From: a virus
Lineage: Duplodnaviria > Caudoviricetes
Direction: 5' to 3' (one strand)
IMG/VR virus record: IMGVR_UViG_3300013137_002980
Location: 1 to 50,635 of that record
Length of the DNA: 50,635 nucleotides
The notes under the pieces are model-generated. The model saw nothing but the letters and a program-made list of their open reading frames with translations, searched no databases and had not been told where the DNA came from. A program made the position numbers and the translations under genes. Below are positions 26,073-35,317 of this stretch, piece by piece (the stretch's first letter is position 1; every line of letters begins with the position of its first letter).

Positions 26073-27037
26073 GATTTAGCTCCTTGTTGCTGCGCCGCCA
26101 TAAACTGATTGAATGCCTGATCTAAAGCCGAACCTTGTGGAGCTTGACCACCCTGCCCCGGATTGGCTTGATGAGTAAACAAGTGAGCAAACGCTGGGTT
26201 TACACTTGGTGTTTGTGTTTGCTGTGTTTGGCCTGCAGGTGTTTGTGGCTGACTTGGTGCTGCAAATTGCTTAAGCGTAGTGGCCATCAAATCAAAAGCA
26301 TCATCAGGCATAGCTGCAAACTTGGTTTTTTCTTCAGCAGTAAATTCTTTGCCCAAGTCTTTACTTAAAGACTCGATAGCAGAATTGCGCTTGTCTGCTG
26401 CAAACTGTTTGTTTTGTTCAGTCAAAGTGGATACTTGACCTTCCAATTCTTGAATTTTCGCTTTCGCTTGTTCTAAGTCCACGTCTGTGTCCTCTTTGCT
26501 AGATTGTGTTGGGTTGTGGCTGGCTGCCACGGCGTTTGTGTTGTCATCTGCACCCAAAGCACAGAAAGACACTTCACGAATACGACCACCACGAAATACC
26601 GTGATTGGCCCTTGGTGAACTTTTCCATTGACTGTGACAGATGCATCAGCCTGAATTTCCTCAACAGAGGATGGCTCAATACGAACCGACATTTGCCACG
26701 GGAAACCATCGTCAGAGTCTTGAGCGACTTCAGTGCCAAACTCGTTGCTCATTAAGTCGCCTGAAACAACCAAGCCTTGTTGGTGGTTAATGCTGTGTTC
26801 ATTGATGACACCTGCACGCTGACGTGGTGAGTGGTCGAGTAATGCAGGAATACGCCCTTTAATTTGCATAGAATCCAAATCAAAAATAATGCGGTCCCAA
26901 TACCAATGGTCTGTAATCACTTCACCGCTATATGCCACGCCTGTGAATGTGCGTTTTTTCTTGCCTTCTTCGGCTTGATTGACGTTCAGATCACCAAGCC
27001 GAAAGCAGTATTTATCCTGTGTTTCCTCTACTGGCAT
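26069..27037 (-). CDS. Prohead protease with C-terminal scaffold
   Basis: FTGVAYSG, PALLDH, FPWQMSV, REVSFCALGAD; coiled-coil tail. Confidence 0.85.
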   Translation of the reverse strand: MPVEETQDKYCFRLGDLNVNQAEEGKKKRTFTGVAYSGEVITDHWYWDRIIFDLDSMQIKGRIPALLDHSPRQRAGVINEHSINHQQGLVVSGDLMSNEFGTEVAQDSDDGFPWQMSVRIEPSSVEEIQADASVTVNGKVHQGPITVFRGGRIREVSFCALGADDNTNAVAASHNPTQSSKEDTDVDLEQAKAKIQELEGQVSTLTEQNKQFAADKRNSAIESLSKDLGKEFTAEEKTKFAAMPDDAFDLMATTLKQFAAPSQPQTPAGQTQQTQTPSVNPAFAHLFTHQANPGQGGQAPQGSALDQAFNQFMAAQQQGAKS

Positions 27038-27050
27038 TTTTCATGCTCCA

Positions 27051-27076
27051 TAAAAAAACCGCCCTTTCGGACGGTT
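27051..27076 (-). terminator. Terminator after small moron
   Basis: Minus strand AACCGTCC-GAAA-GGGCGGTT plus T-run. Confidence 0.75.
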
Positions 27077-27092
27077 GTAATTGGTTTAAAAG

Positions 27093-27329
27093 TTAATTTC
27101 TTTCATACCGCACACAATGCTCAGTAATTTGTGGCACTATGACTTTCCCTGTGACAATGTTATTCACTTGCGTTTCAGTCTTGGTGCAAGTCCAATCTGA
27201 TTTATTTAGTGAAATTTTTTCACTTTTAGCGTCTTGCCATACCACATAACCAAAAAACAGAGCAATGGAAAAAATTAGGATAGCTGCGCCCCACATCAAA
27301 TACTTATCTGTCATTTTAGCCTTGTCCAT
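27093..27329 (-). CDS. Moron: small single-pass membrane protein
   Basis: One TM segment, WTC...CVRY Cys pair; own terminator. Confidence 0.7.
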   Translation of the reverse strand: MDKAKMTDKYLMWGAAILIFSIALFFGYVVWQDAKSEKISLNKSDWTCTKTETQVNNIVTGKVIVPQITEHCVRYERN

Positions 27330-27375
27330 GCTTTTGAGATTAGATCATAAACGATTTGCTGCTCTTGTGTAGTCA

Positions 27376-28581
27376 TTAACTCACCAATGCTTTTAATGTA
27401 TAAATCAGCTTGCCTTTGATCGTTTCAATAGAAACCACCTCAAATGACAGTCCCAGTGGAATTAAAACCCCTTGCCCTGCATTCAGCTTTTCCAGATCAA
27501 TACCCAATCCCTTGGCATTCTCAATCTGAATCACAATATCACCTGCAGTTTCAGTCATGAGTAACGGCGCGCTCAATTGAACTGTCTGCCCAACCTGATA
27601 CGCTGCAACCTGCTGGATAGTTGCACCACCGACCACAGTTGAAGCTGTATTGCTTGCCACAGCTTGAATCGCTGCCATATCAGTAGTGAGCCATCGCTTC
27701 AGCACATCGTCTGCCAGTGAAGCTGTGGATGCATTTAAATACGTGGTCAATGCTGAGTCATTACCTTGCACATAATCTAGAAAAGTCCGAATCGCACTTG
27801 GCCTGATCTGCGGATCAAGTGGAATCACTGTATCTGCAATCGTATTAAACAGATCTCGAGTTTTGTCATCCATCGGGGCAAACAGACTTGTCAGCTTTTT
27901 GGATGCAGTCCACTCGGCCTGAATAACCTGCTTTTGCTCTAACAGGTATTCTTTATCCAGGGAAGAAACACTGATCTTTTTATCAACCAGTGATTCAAGC
28001 TCACCAAACTGCAGTGGATGTGAACTCCAGTCCAATGCTTCAGCGACTTCAGGCAGTTGATCATCTGGTGTGATGCCGTATTTCAATGCCTGTTTCTCAG
28101 TCAGTGCAATCACTGTGCACCGGCAGCGGTACCCCAGTGGTGGGTAATGTGACAGCCAAAACGGATGGTCAATCGGCAATACGATTCGATCTAACGCTAA
28201 GTGACTGGGACGCACTCGGCTATCATTGATCGCTGAGTACATCAAATACGGTCGTTTAGCCTTGTTTCGTTGCTGTTGTTGCCATCGGCCGTGACCGTAT
28301 GCACTCTGAATATTGGTGCGGAATACATTATCCAGATAATGTTTTGGCAGGATGATTTCAGATTCTTCAATCAGCTTCTGAAAATCCTTAAACGTCCCAC
28401 CGTCTGCAATGGATTTATTCACCGCCTTGATGACTGTCTCAATCTGCTCAAGACTCGACAAAAAGCTAACTGTGGTTGCCATCTGTCGAGTCTTAAGGTC
28501 CATTGAATAGAAATCATCAGGTAGTACGATTTTTTTATTGTGGGCGTATCGCAAGGCCTCAAGAAAGGTAACTGGTTGCAT
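27376..28581 (-). CDS. Minor head protein (Mu gpF/MuF) with C-terminal extension
   Basis: VFRTNIQSAY..GRW, YSAINDSRVRPSH, FW..HYPPLGYRCRC. Confidence 0.9.
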   Translation of the reverse strand: MQPVTFLEALRYAHNKKIVLPDDFYSMDLKTRQMATTVSFLSSLEQIETVIKAVNKSIADGGTFKDFQKLIEESEIILPKHYLDNVFRTNIQSAYGHGRWQQQQRNKAKRPYLMYSAINDSRVRPSHLALDRIVLPIDHPFWLSHYPPLGYRCRCTVIALTEKQALKYGITPDDQLPEVAEALDWSSHPLQFGELESLVDKKISVSSLDKEYLLEQKQVIQAEWTASKKLTSLFAPMDDKTRDLFNTIADTVIPLDPQIRPSAIRTFLDYVQGNDSALTTYLNASTASLADDVLKRWLTTDMAAIQAVASNTASTVVGGATIQQVAAYQVGQTVQLSAPLLMTETAGDIVIQIENAKGLGIDLEKLNAGQGVLIPLGLSFEVVSIETIKGKLIYTLKALVS

Positions 28582-28583
28582 GG

Positions 28584-30041
28584 CTATTTACCTTTTTGAG
28601 CTGCCGCATACCCCAGCACATCAGCCGCATACAAAGCTTGATCCAGATTGGCCGTGAACTGCGTCTGTGTTGCCTCTGGAATCAGTTGCATTAAGTTAAA
28701 TGCCAGGCTTTCAGGACTATCCGATTTAAACACCAGCTCTTTCACCTGCTCATTGGACAGCAGCTGTAATTCACCTTGGCCATCCGTCAGTTCTTCAACT
28801 TCTTGCTGGGCATCCGATAGCTTGTTCGGCTTGGCTTTGAAGCTGAATGCTTGCTTCGGTACGGCGCTAAACTGACTGAAGTTGATTTGTGTTTGTTCCA
28901 TCAAATCGCCTTCTTGTAGGCCATATTCACGGATGAAATAAGCATTCGAGAAATTTGCACCGGCATTCTTCAAATATCCGTCACGTTCAGCCTGGTCTTT
29001 ATTCAGCGGTTTAGGCTTTTCACCCAGCATGACCTTGTGCTCACCCCAATTATTTAGAGCGCATACAGCATCAACCACCGCTTGTAGCGTAGGTGTGACC
29101 AGTCGAATATCGGATTTAAGCTTATCCATACGGACGTTTTCATGCACTTGACCTAATGCACGACTACCAGTGCCATCGGTGCCACTGGTGAGTGTTTGTC
29201 CCAGCACGACTTTCTGGATCTGGCGAATCAATACATTGTTGAATGATTCAAATGCAGCGCCGGCGGTACCACTGGTGCCCGAGGTTGAAAGAATCGAAAC
29301 CTCATCTTCAATATCAATTGATAGAACACTTTGAGCATGGGCATTCAGTAAAGCTCGGCTCATGTCTTCAGTTTCAGTATCTTTGCACTTACCAAGCAAA
29401 ATTGGTGTACCGAAACGTTCCAAGAACTTGGCCCAGAACTTAAAGCCATTTTGCTTAAAGAAGAACAGCCAATACAGCGTTGCCAATAATGCTTTTCCGT
29501 AAGGCTGCTCATAAGTGGCTTTACGTTGCGTCAGGAAGAACTTAAAAACCCGGTCAACTTCATGACCTGCACCACTGCCATCTACCCGCAAGATCAGCCG
29601 ACCATCATTTTTAGGCTCAAACCATTGCATTGGTTTTTCACCAATCCATTGCAAGCCAATATGCCCTTCAGGCTTTAACTCATAGACAGCCTCTTGCACG
29701 GAATAGCCAAAAAATAAAGCATTCAAGGCCCCGGTAGCAATTTCGTGGTACCACTCCTTCAGCATTTCATTCAGAAGCTCGGCCTCTGGTGTATCGCTCG
29801 GCTCTATCCGTAGCGGGGTGGCCAGCAGTGCATCTAGCCGGGTTTCAACGACCTGTGCAATTTCATCATCATCAAGCAAGACACGTAATTTATGACGTGT
29901 AATACCCGCTTTGCGCAGTACTTCATCAGTGTCCGGCTGGCGACCAAAGTTAACTAAAAACTGAGTTACGGCTTCTTGAGTGTATAAGTTGCCATAGGAC
30001 AAAGCCTTTTTTGACGCTTTGCCCTTTTTAGACTTTGCCAT
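28584..30041 (-). CDS. Portal protein (DUF935, Mu gp29-like)
   Basis: GYSVQE, PYGKALL, WAKFLERFGTP, VLGQTLTS, SRALGQVHE. Confidence 0.9.
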   Translation of the reverse strand: MAKSKKGKASKKALSYGNLYTQEAVTQFLVNFGRQPDTDEVLRKAGITRHKLRVLLDDDEIAQVVETRLDALLATPLRIEPSDTPEAELLNEMLKEWYHEIATGALNALFFGYSVQEAVYELKPEGHIGLQWIGEKPMQWFEPKNDGRLILRVDGSGAGHEVDRVFKFFLTQRKATYEQPYGKALLATLYWLFFFKQNGFKFWAKFLERFGTPILLGKCKDTETEDMSRALLNAHAQSVLSIDIEDEVSILSTSGTSGTAGAAFESFNNVLIRQIQKVVLGQTLTSGTDGTGSRALGQVHENVRMDKLKSDIRLVTPTLQAVVDAVCALNNWGEHKVMLGEKPKPLNKDQAERDGYLKNAGANFSNAYFIREYGLQEGDLMEQTQINFSQFSAVPKQAFSFKAKPNKLSDAQQEVEELTDGQGELQLLSNEQVKELVFKSDSPESLAFNLMQLIPEATQTQFTANLDQALYAADVLGYAAAQKGK

Positions 30042-30052
30042 GGGTTTTCCTT

Positions 30053-31459
30053 TTAATAGGTGCGACTACCTGCACCGGCTGGTTTTTTCGGTGTTCTGGT
30101 TTCATTTAGTTCATTGAATGCATCACTACCCGCATCAACCTGGTCATCATAACGACCATTCGGAAAGCTTCTTAACTCCTCAATAAATGGCTTATTCCAG
30201 TCACCGCGGAGCATTTTTACATTTCCTACGTTCACCTGAGCTGCAAATGGCTGAGCGCGAGTGATCTTGTCACCTGAAACCGTTTCGGCTTTGACATTAA
30301 AGCCGGATAGTTTGGTAATAAAGTTTTTGGCTTGAGCCTTACCAGCTTGCCCCGGGTCTTGTGGCAGTCGGATCGCTACAGACTTGCCATCAAGCTCAGC
30401 AGTTTGCGTAATACGCTTCTCAACACCATCTGGGCCTAGTTGCGCACGTTCAACATCGACAATATAGATATAACCATCCTTGCCTTTCGCCTCACGCACA
30501 CCTACTGTGTAGTCCCCTTCATTTTCTGATGATGCTAAATCCCATGCACGTACATGGTGGAGAAGATCCGCCGGTAGAGCATCAACAATTTCAATATTGT
30601 CGGGCTTGAAGAAACCACCTGCAGGTGGTGATGGCATTTGGCGATATTGCCCCGCAAATACATACGGCGCTGCTAGCTCCATTCTTTCTAGCGTTTCTAT
30701 GCTGTGTTTCTCAGGCCATAAAGCAGAACCATCAGGCTGAATAGCCGATAAGCATAAATGCTCCCACTCCTCACCGTTCCCACCATCCAGAAGCCATCCG
30801 GCCAAGTCTTCTTCATGCAAACGCTGCATAATGACAATAATCGGGGTATCTGGTGAGTTGGTACGTGATTCAAGAGTATTTTGGAACCACTCAATTACAC
30901 TTTTACGGATGGTGTCTGAACGTGCTTCACTGGCTTTATGCGGGTCATCAATAATGATTGCCCCGCCGAATGAATCACGAAATTTACCAGCACCAAAACC
31001 TGTGATGGTACCGCCGGTACCTTGTGAGTAACAGACACCACCTTGCGCGGTTCGCCAGTCATCCTTCGCTTTACTATCATCGCGTAGTTCAAATTCAGGA
31101 AATACGCGCCTATATGCTTCTTCCTGCACTAAATTACGTGTCTGGAAAGCGTTGTTAGCCGCCAAGGTTGCAGAATAACTAATATGAATAAATTCACTAT
31201 CAGGTGTCTTGCCAAAGCACCATGCCATGAAATTAATAACGGCCAGTTCAGTTTTAGAATACCGTGGTGGAATATTGATAATTAATCGCTTAGTTTCCCC
31301 ACGGTACACCTTCATTAATGCATCACAGATTGCGCGATGGTGCCAGTTGTGCAGCCACTTGTACTTTCTGCGCTCTTTAAACATATAACGCGAGAAAAAA
31401 TACAAATCTTCTTGAGCTTCAATCTGTATGGCCAACTCACGCGCTGGATCAATACTCAT
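30053..31459 (-). CDS. terL: Terminase large subunit
   Basis: INIPPRYSKT (Walker A), IIIDDPH (Walker B), MQRLH, AWDLA, DDQVDA. Confidence 0.95.
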   Translation of the reverse strand: MSIDPARELAIQIEAQEDLYFFSRYMFKERRKYKWLHNWHHRAICDALMKVYRGETKRLIINIPPRYSKTELAVINFMAWCFGKTPDSEFIHISYSATLAANNAFQTRNLVQEEAYRRVFPEFELRDDSKAKDDWRTAQGGVCYSQGTGGTITGFGAGKFRDSFGGAIIIDDPHKASEARSDTIRKSVIEWFQNTLESRTNSPDTPIIVIMQRLHEEDLAGWLLDGGNGEEWEHLCLSAIQPDGSALWPEKHSIETLERMELAAPYVFAGQYRQMPSPPAGGFFKPDNIEIVDALPADLLHHVRAWDLASSENEGDYTVGVREAKGKDGYIYIVDVERAQLGPDGVEKRITQTAELDGKSVAIRLPQDPGQAGKAQAKNFITKLSGFNVKAETVSGDKITRAQPFAAQVNVGNVKMLRGDWNKPFIEELRSFPNGRYDDQVDAGSDAFNELNETRTPKKPAGAGSRTY

Positions 31460-31916
31460 CTAAAACCCGCTCCCTAGCTTTTAGGTAGCTTTCGGTTGAT
31501 ACATTCTGGTTTATAGTTTCAATGGGCTTGCCATCCTTTCCTGTGATTTCTTGCCGGTTAGTGAATTGCCCACCAACATCCTTGGCCGCCTGCTCCAGAA
31601 TCTTGAGTGACATCACTACATTTTTAGAGTTACGCTCTAATTGCTTCTGGTACTGCTTGAGCCGGTAATGCTTATTTGCAATCGGGATGTCAATTAAGCC
31701 AGCATCAAAATCAGCGCGGGTTTTGTTGAATAGCTCGACAAACTTTTTGGAAAGGTTTTTGCCTGCCAGCTTGGTTGGATCGTATGAAGCACACTGCCGA
31801 CGATCAATTTCTATCTTAAACTCTTGTTTGACCGCATCAGCAACTTCTTGAGGTGTGTCACGGCATGCAAGAGCTTGAACTATAAATATTTTTACAGGCT
31901 CTTTTAGCGCTGCCAT
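31449..31916 (-). CDS. DUF2280-family protein, putative terminase small subunit
   Basis: FIVQALACRDTPQEV, YDPTK, IPIANK.YRL, LEQAAKDVGG; overlaps terL. Confidence 0.8.
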   Translation of the reverse strand: MAALKEPVKIFIVQALACRDTPQEVADAVKQEFKIEIDRRQCASYDPTKLAGKNLSKKFVELFNKTRADFDAGLIDIPIANKHYRLKQYQKQLERNSKNVVMSLKILEQAAKDVGGQFTNRQEITGKDGKPIETINQNVSTESYLKARERVLDEY

Positions 31917-31961
31917 AACCACCTCTTTGTCATACTACGTCAAACAAAATAGGCAAAAAAA

Positions 31962-32609
31962 TCACGCCAACTTCAATAAACACGTACCACATGCATGAGC
32001 AATTTTTGCCTTGCCGATTGTAGGACCATCATTTGCAAGCTCCACCATTTTTTGAACGTCTGGTGATGCACCGTAGCGCTGGACCACGCCATGGAATTCT
32101 TCGACGTCATGACCACGCATTTTAAGCTTTGGCCTACCTGTTGTTGGGCTGATATACATCTCACCCTCATGATCCAACTCATAGCCGATGTGGTAAAGCT
32201 CATGTTCTACCAGGGCGCAAAAGTCTGAATCACTGGCGGACTCAGCAAAGCCGGCATCAATGGTGATGATGTATTTCGGGATATAACCAAACCACTGGAC
32301 CAGTTGAAGCTCTTGGCGTTTTCGCTTCCAGCCACCAGCCATGATTGCGACCTGTTCAGCCTGTCCTAAGACAATATGCCCGCCCTTTTCAAATGGCCGA
32401 CTGGCCCACATAAAGCCGATCAAATCCCGATTGTAGTAAGACAGGTGAACGTGATCTGGATTGCAGAGTTCACCCTCTTCATCTATGAACGTACTCCAGA
32501 CCCAATCCTTTAAATCCTCATCTGGCCGGAAGTCATAAGGCACATCGTTATGCATGCTCCAATCGAAATCAAACACGCCTATGTCTTTGGGTGGCATTGG
32601 TCGTTTCAT
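31962..32609 (-). CDS. Putative phage metallopeptidase
   Basis: HELYH (HExxH) and HDVEEF.GVV.RYG motifs; C-terminal HACGTC. Confidence 0.85.
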   Translation of the reverse strand: MKRPMPPKDIGVFDFDWSMHNDVPYDFRPDEDLKDWVWSTFIDEEGELCNPDHVHLSYYNRDLIGFMWASRPFEKGGHIVLGQAEQVAIMAGGWKRKRQELQLVQWFGYIPKYIITIDAGFAESASDSDFCALVEHELYHIGYELDHEGEMYISPTTGRPKLKMRGHDVEEFHGVVQRYGASPDVQKMVELANDGPTIGKAKIAHACGTCLLKLA

Positions 32610-32623
32610 AATCTTCACCCATT

Positions 32624-32645
32624 AAAAAACCACCCGAAGGTGGCT
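32624..32645 (-). terminator. Terminator after moron
   Basis: GCCACC-TTCG-GGTGGT plus T-run. Confidence 0.8.
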
Positions 32646-32655
32646 TAATTTTTTA

Positions 32656-33102
32656 CTATGCATCAATTTCAAGTGTGTAGTTCTGTGGATCTAAAACCTT
32701 TTTTAAAGTAAATCCATTAGAGTTGTTAATCTTTATAAAGAGACCGTCTGCTTTGTCACTAAAATATACGAAATCTAAGTAGTGGGTTTCACCATCATTG
32801 CAAATCCAGGGTATGTAAGTAGACTTTAATTTTCCTGCTGAATATTGATGGATTTGAAACCCTTGAAAATTTACTAAAATCTTATCACCTTGTTCTTCTA
32901 ATGGAATATATAACCCTTCCCTTGATTCAAACAGATTTAAATCATCTATATCCCCGCTGTTAGCAAGGATGCATGTAGGCGATGCTAAAGATTGAACCAA
33001 ATCTGATACTCCACCCACTTTAGGTTTTTTTCTTTCCAGCTTAAGCTTATAAAAAAAATTCTTGTTCATAATAAAGATCTCGTTGATATTTTTAGAGATC
33101 AT
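32656..33102 (-). CDS. AT-rich hypothetical moron
   Basis: Open frame with composition distinct from neighbours; own terminator. Confidence 0.6.
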   Translation of the reverse strand: MISKNINEIFIMNKNFFYKLKLERKKPKVGGVSDLVQSLASPTCILANSGDIDDLNLFESREGLYIPLEEQGDKILVNFQGFQIHQYSAGKLKSTYIPWICNDGETHYLDFVYFSDKADGLFIKINNSNGFTLKKVLDPQNYTLEIDA

Positions 33103-33103
33103 A

Positions 33104-33589
33104 TCATTGATAACACCACTTCAAATCATCCGGCACAGTTAAATGTACACCCAACTTCACTACTGCAAAGTCATGCACGTAATTCAAATACTCGGTCATC
33201 TGCTTAACGCTTAACTTGGTTGTACTGCAAAGCCTTATCACCTGCTCTGCAATCACCCGGTATTCTTCACACTCATTCTGTTTAAGCATTGCAATCGCAT
33301 TGCAGGTTTCAGCAAACTTTTGATCATCACGACGATAGATATAAATCAGAAATCGTTTCTTAAACTCGTAATGGAGTGAGTCTTTATCCTGGCCAGTCTT
33401 TCTTTCAATCTGGCCAAGCCACATCCAATACAAACGATTCTGAGCTGTTGATCTATCATCCTCTTTCTGATCAATCACCACCCTTAACGGCTTACCCTCA
33501 TTAATTGCTTGAGTGTAATGGGTGTGCATGAAGTTAATGGCTTTGGTGATGTCGGCATAACTCTGGATAGGAAACACGGCTTTTTGCAT
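33104..33589 (-). CDS. ninB: NinB/Orf-like recombination protein
   Basis: RSTAQNRLYWMWL, STTKLSVKQMTEYL. Confidence 0.8.
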   Translation of the reverse strand: MQKAVFPIQSYADITKAINFMHTHYTQAINEGKPLRVVIDQKEDDRSTAQNRLYWMWLGQIERKTGQDKDSLHYEFKKRFLIYIYRRDDQKFAETCNAIAMLKQNECEEYRVIAEQVIRLCSTTKLSVKQMTEYLNYVHDFAVVKLGVHLTVPDDLKWCYQ

Positions 33590-33598
33590 CTCCTGCTC

Positions 33599-33874
33599 CT
33601 AGAAAACTTCTTTATCTTCCATCACCAACATCCGATTCACCCTCACCAACCACTTCTCAAACATGGCTTCGCTCTCGGTCCGGGTGCCAAGCTCAAAACG
33701 GTCGAATCTTTGATGGCATCCCACGCAAAGCGGCACCGTGTAAGCATCGTCAGCTTTTATACCCCTGCCTTTACCATGTCCTGAACTATTTGAATGAGCA
33801 GCCTGGCTGCGTGGATTACCGCACCGAATGCATGGTAGTTTTCTGATTGCTGCGAGTCTTTTTGGATTCCGCAT
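33599..33874 (-). CDS. DUF968-like HNH/zinc-binding protein
   Basis: LPCIRCG...QAAH...GIKADD...VPLCVGCH. Confidence 0.8.
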   Translation of the reverse strand: MRNPKRLAAIRKLPCIRCGNPRSQAAHSNSSGHGKGRGIKADDAYTVPLCVGCHQRFDRFELGTRTESEAMFEKWLVRVNRMLVMEDKEVF

Positions 33875-34037
33875 TTAATTGTTCTTCTATGCCGTGGATC
33901 TGCTTATTTACTTTGCGAAGTTCAGCACCGCACATTTCTTTAAATGCATAGCTTGAATACAAATGGTTGTAATTCATCAATCGGCTGCGGTTCTTTTCGA
34001 GTACTTCTAAATTCCGTTTTGCTTCTACTGTGTCCAT
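33816..34037 (-). CDS. Hypothetical phage protein (MDTVEAKRNL...)
   Basis: Probable start 34037; overlaps downstream gene. Confidence 0.6.
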   Translation of the reverse strand: MDTVEAKRNLEVLEKNRSRLMNYNHLYSSYAFKEMCGAELRKVNKQIHGIEEQLNAESKKTRSNQKTTMHSVR

Positions 34038-34199
34038 AACCCATCCCAACCTTCCGGTATTTCCGGATAGTTCAAATCGCAACCCTCTTTGCCGAACCCA
34101 TAACCATCCATATCCACCACCAATAAGAAAAGAAAACCCCGCCAATATCTAGTATGTGGCAGGGTCTTATATGCCGAAATCCGTTCGGCTATGGAGAAA

Positions 34200-34313
34200 T
34201 TAATCAATCTCTTTTAAACATTCTCGACACACTTTGATTTCTTCATCATCAATCGTGTGGTCAATCTCGGTCACACCGTGTAGGCCGAATAAACATAATA
34301 AGAATTGGAGCAT
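34200..34313 (-). CDS. 37-aa protein MLQFLLCLFGLHGVTEIDHTIDDEEIKVCRECLKEID, probable zinc-binding (C/H/CxxC)
   Basis: Hand translation; AGGAG RBS; first ORF of late transcript. Confidence 0.65.
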   Translation of the reverse strand: MLQFLLCLFGLHGVTEIDHTIDDEEIKVCRECLKEID

Positions 34314-34559
34314 GTGAATCTCCTAAATAAAACAACCCAGTTATCCAAAATGAATAACCGGGCTGAGTAGTTTCGTAATTTAAGGCTAACTTATGCGTTA
34401 AGAGCTTGCCAATTCTCACAGTAGACACTCGCCTTTTTAGGTGGTCAATCCAAGGGTGGGATTTATTTAAATCTCGACACCCATCTATGCACTCTGCTGA
34501 CCAGCGCAAAGCATCTATCACTTTTGGCATGAAGGGCTGATAGATAACCTTCAGACAAT

Positions 34560-34587
34560 AAAAAAGCCCACCATTTGGCGAGCTTTT
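34560..34587 (-). terminator. tR'-like terminator downstream of late promoter
   Basis: Minus strand AAGCTCGCC-AAAT-GGTGGGCTT plus T-run. Confidence 0.8.
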
Positions 34588-34621
34588 AAATCAATCTAGT
34601 GCTTTAACGTACACTTCGATC

Positions 34622-34661
34622 ACTATAACAGAAATATAGCAATTGGCGTTTAAACGGTCAA
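34622..34661 (-). promoter_or_regulatory. pR'-like late promoter with -10-like pause element
   Basis: TTGACC(34661-34656)-17bp-TATATT(34638-34633), then TATAGT(34627-34622); downstream of Q-like gene. Confidence 0.75.
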
Positions 34662-34864
34662 TAGTTTTCGTAAGTTACCAAAACTTCAAATGTTGCAAAT
34701 GTGTCATTACCTTTCCAAATTTCAGTTTGAGTAATTTTTGTCTTTTTTCCTGCGACCATGCGATCATCTTTTTGCTCAGGCTTGCTTCTAAGTATCACCC
34801 AATTGTTAATTTGGTTCTCTACATCAGTTAAATTGTGTCCACTAAATGCTTTAACAAAATTCAT
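34658..34864 (-). CDS. Small AT-rich hypothetical protein
   Basis: VKAFSG......ENQINNW pattern; tightly coupled to upstream gene. Confidence 0.6.
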   Translation of the reverse strand: MNFVKAFSGHNLTDVENQINNWVILRSKPEQKDDRMVAGKKTKITQTEIWKGNDTFATFEVLVTYENY

Positions 34865-34866
34865 TT

Positions 34867-35307
34867 TTATTCCATCTTTAAAAAGTTATATTTACCAGCA
34901 AGATAGAATCTAGCACACCCAACTACAATATTCACTTGTCCTTTTGACTGATTCGTCATTGTTGCTACTGCGCTTAAACTACGATTCTCCACCTTATGCT
35001 TCACCAGACACATCACTGCATACTTAGCCGCATAATCCACCGCATCAGAGTTAAAGATACCTTTCAGTAGATCCTGCACCTGATCCGCTTCAAAATCACT
35101 AATTTCGCACTTGATATAGCACTTCGAGTTACGTGGAGTTTTATCAGCTTCACGAATCAACCAGTAAATCTGGTTTACGTGTAACCCATCCGGCAAATCA
35201 CCACCCTTCATGCGAACAGTTTCACACCATGCCCCAAACTGCTCCAGCCACCCATCAATGTTGTACTTCGTCCAATCCATCACTTCTGTCTTTACCATCG
35301 CATTCAT
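34867..35307 (-). CDS. Putative late antiterminator (lambda Q-like)
   Basis: WLEQFGAW N-terminal motif, C-terminal HTH-like segment, position upstream of pR'-like promoter. Confidence 0.65.
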   Translation of the reverse strand: MNAMVKTEVMDWTKYNIDGWLEQFGAWCETVRMKGGDLPDGLHVNQIYWLIREADKTPRNSKCYIKCEISDFEADQVQDLLKGIFNSDAVDYAAKYAVMCLVKHKVENRSLSAVATMTNQSKGQVNIVVGCARFYLAGKYNFLKME

Positions 35308-35317
35308 CCCTATTCCC

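Noticed and set aside
23274-30041. Mu-like transposable phage
   Set aside because: Only head/neck genes are Mu-like; no MuA/MuB, and a tyrosine integrase is present
34261-34530. 89-aa ORF in late leader
   Set aside because: No convincing RBS; overlaps the better-supported 34200-34313 ORF and a hairpin-rich region
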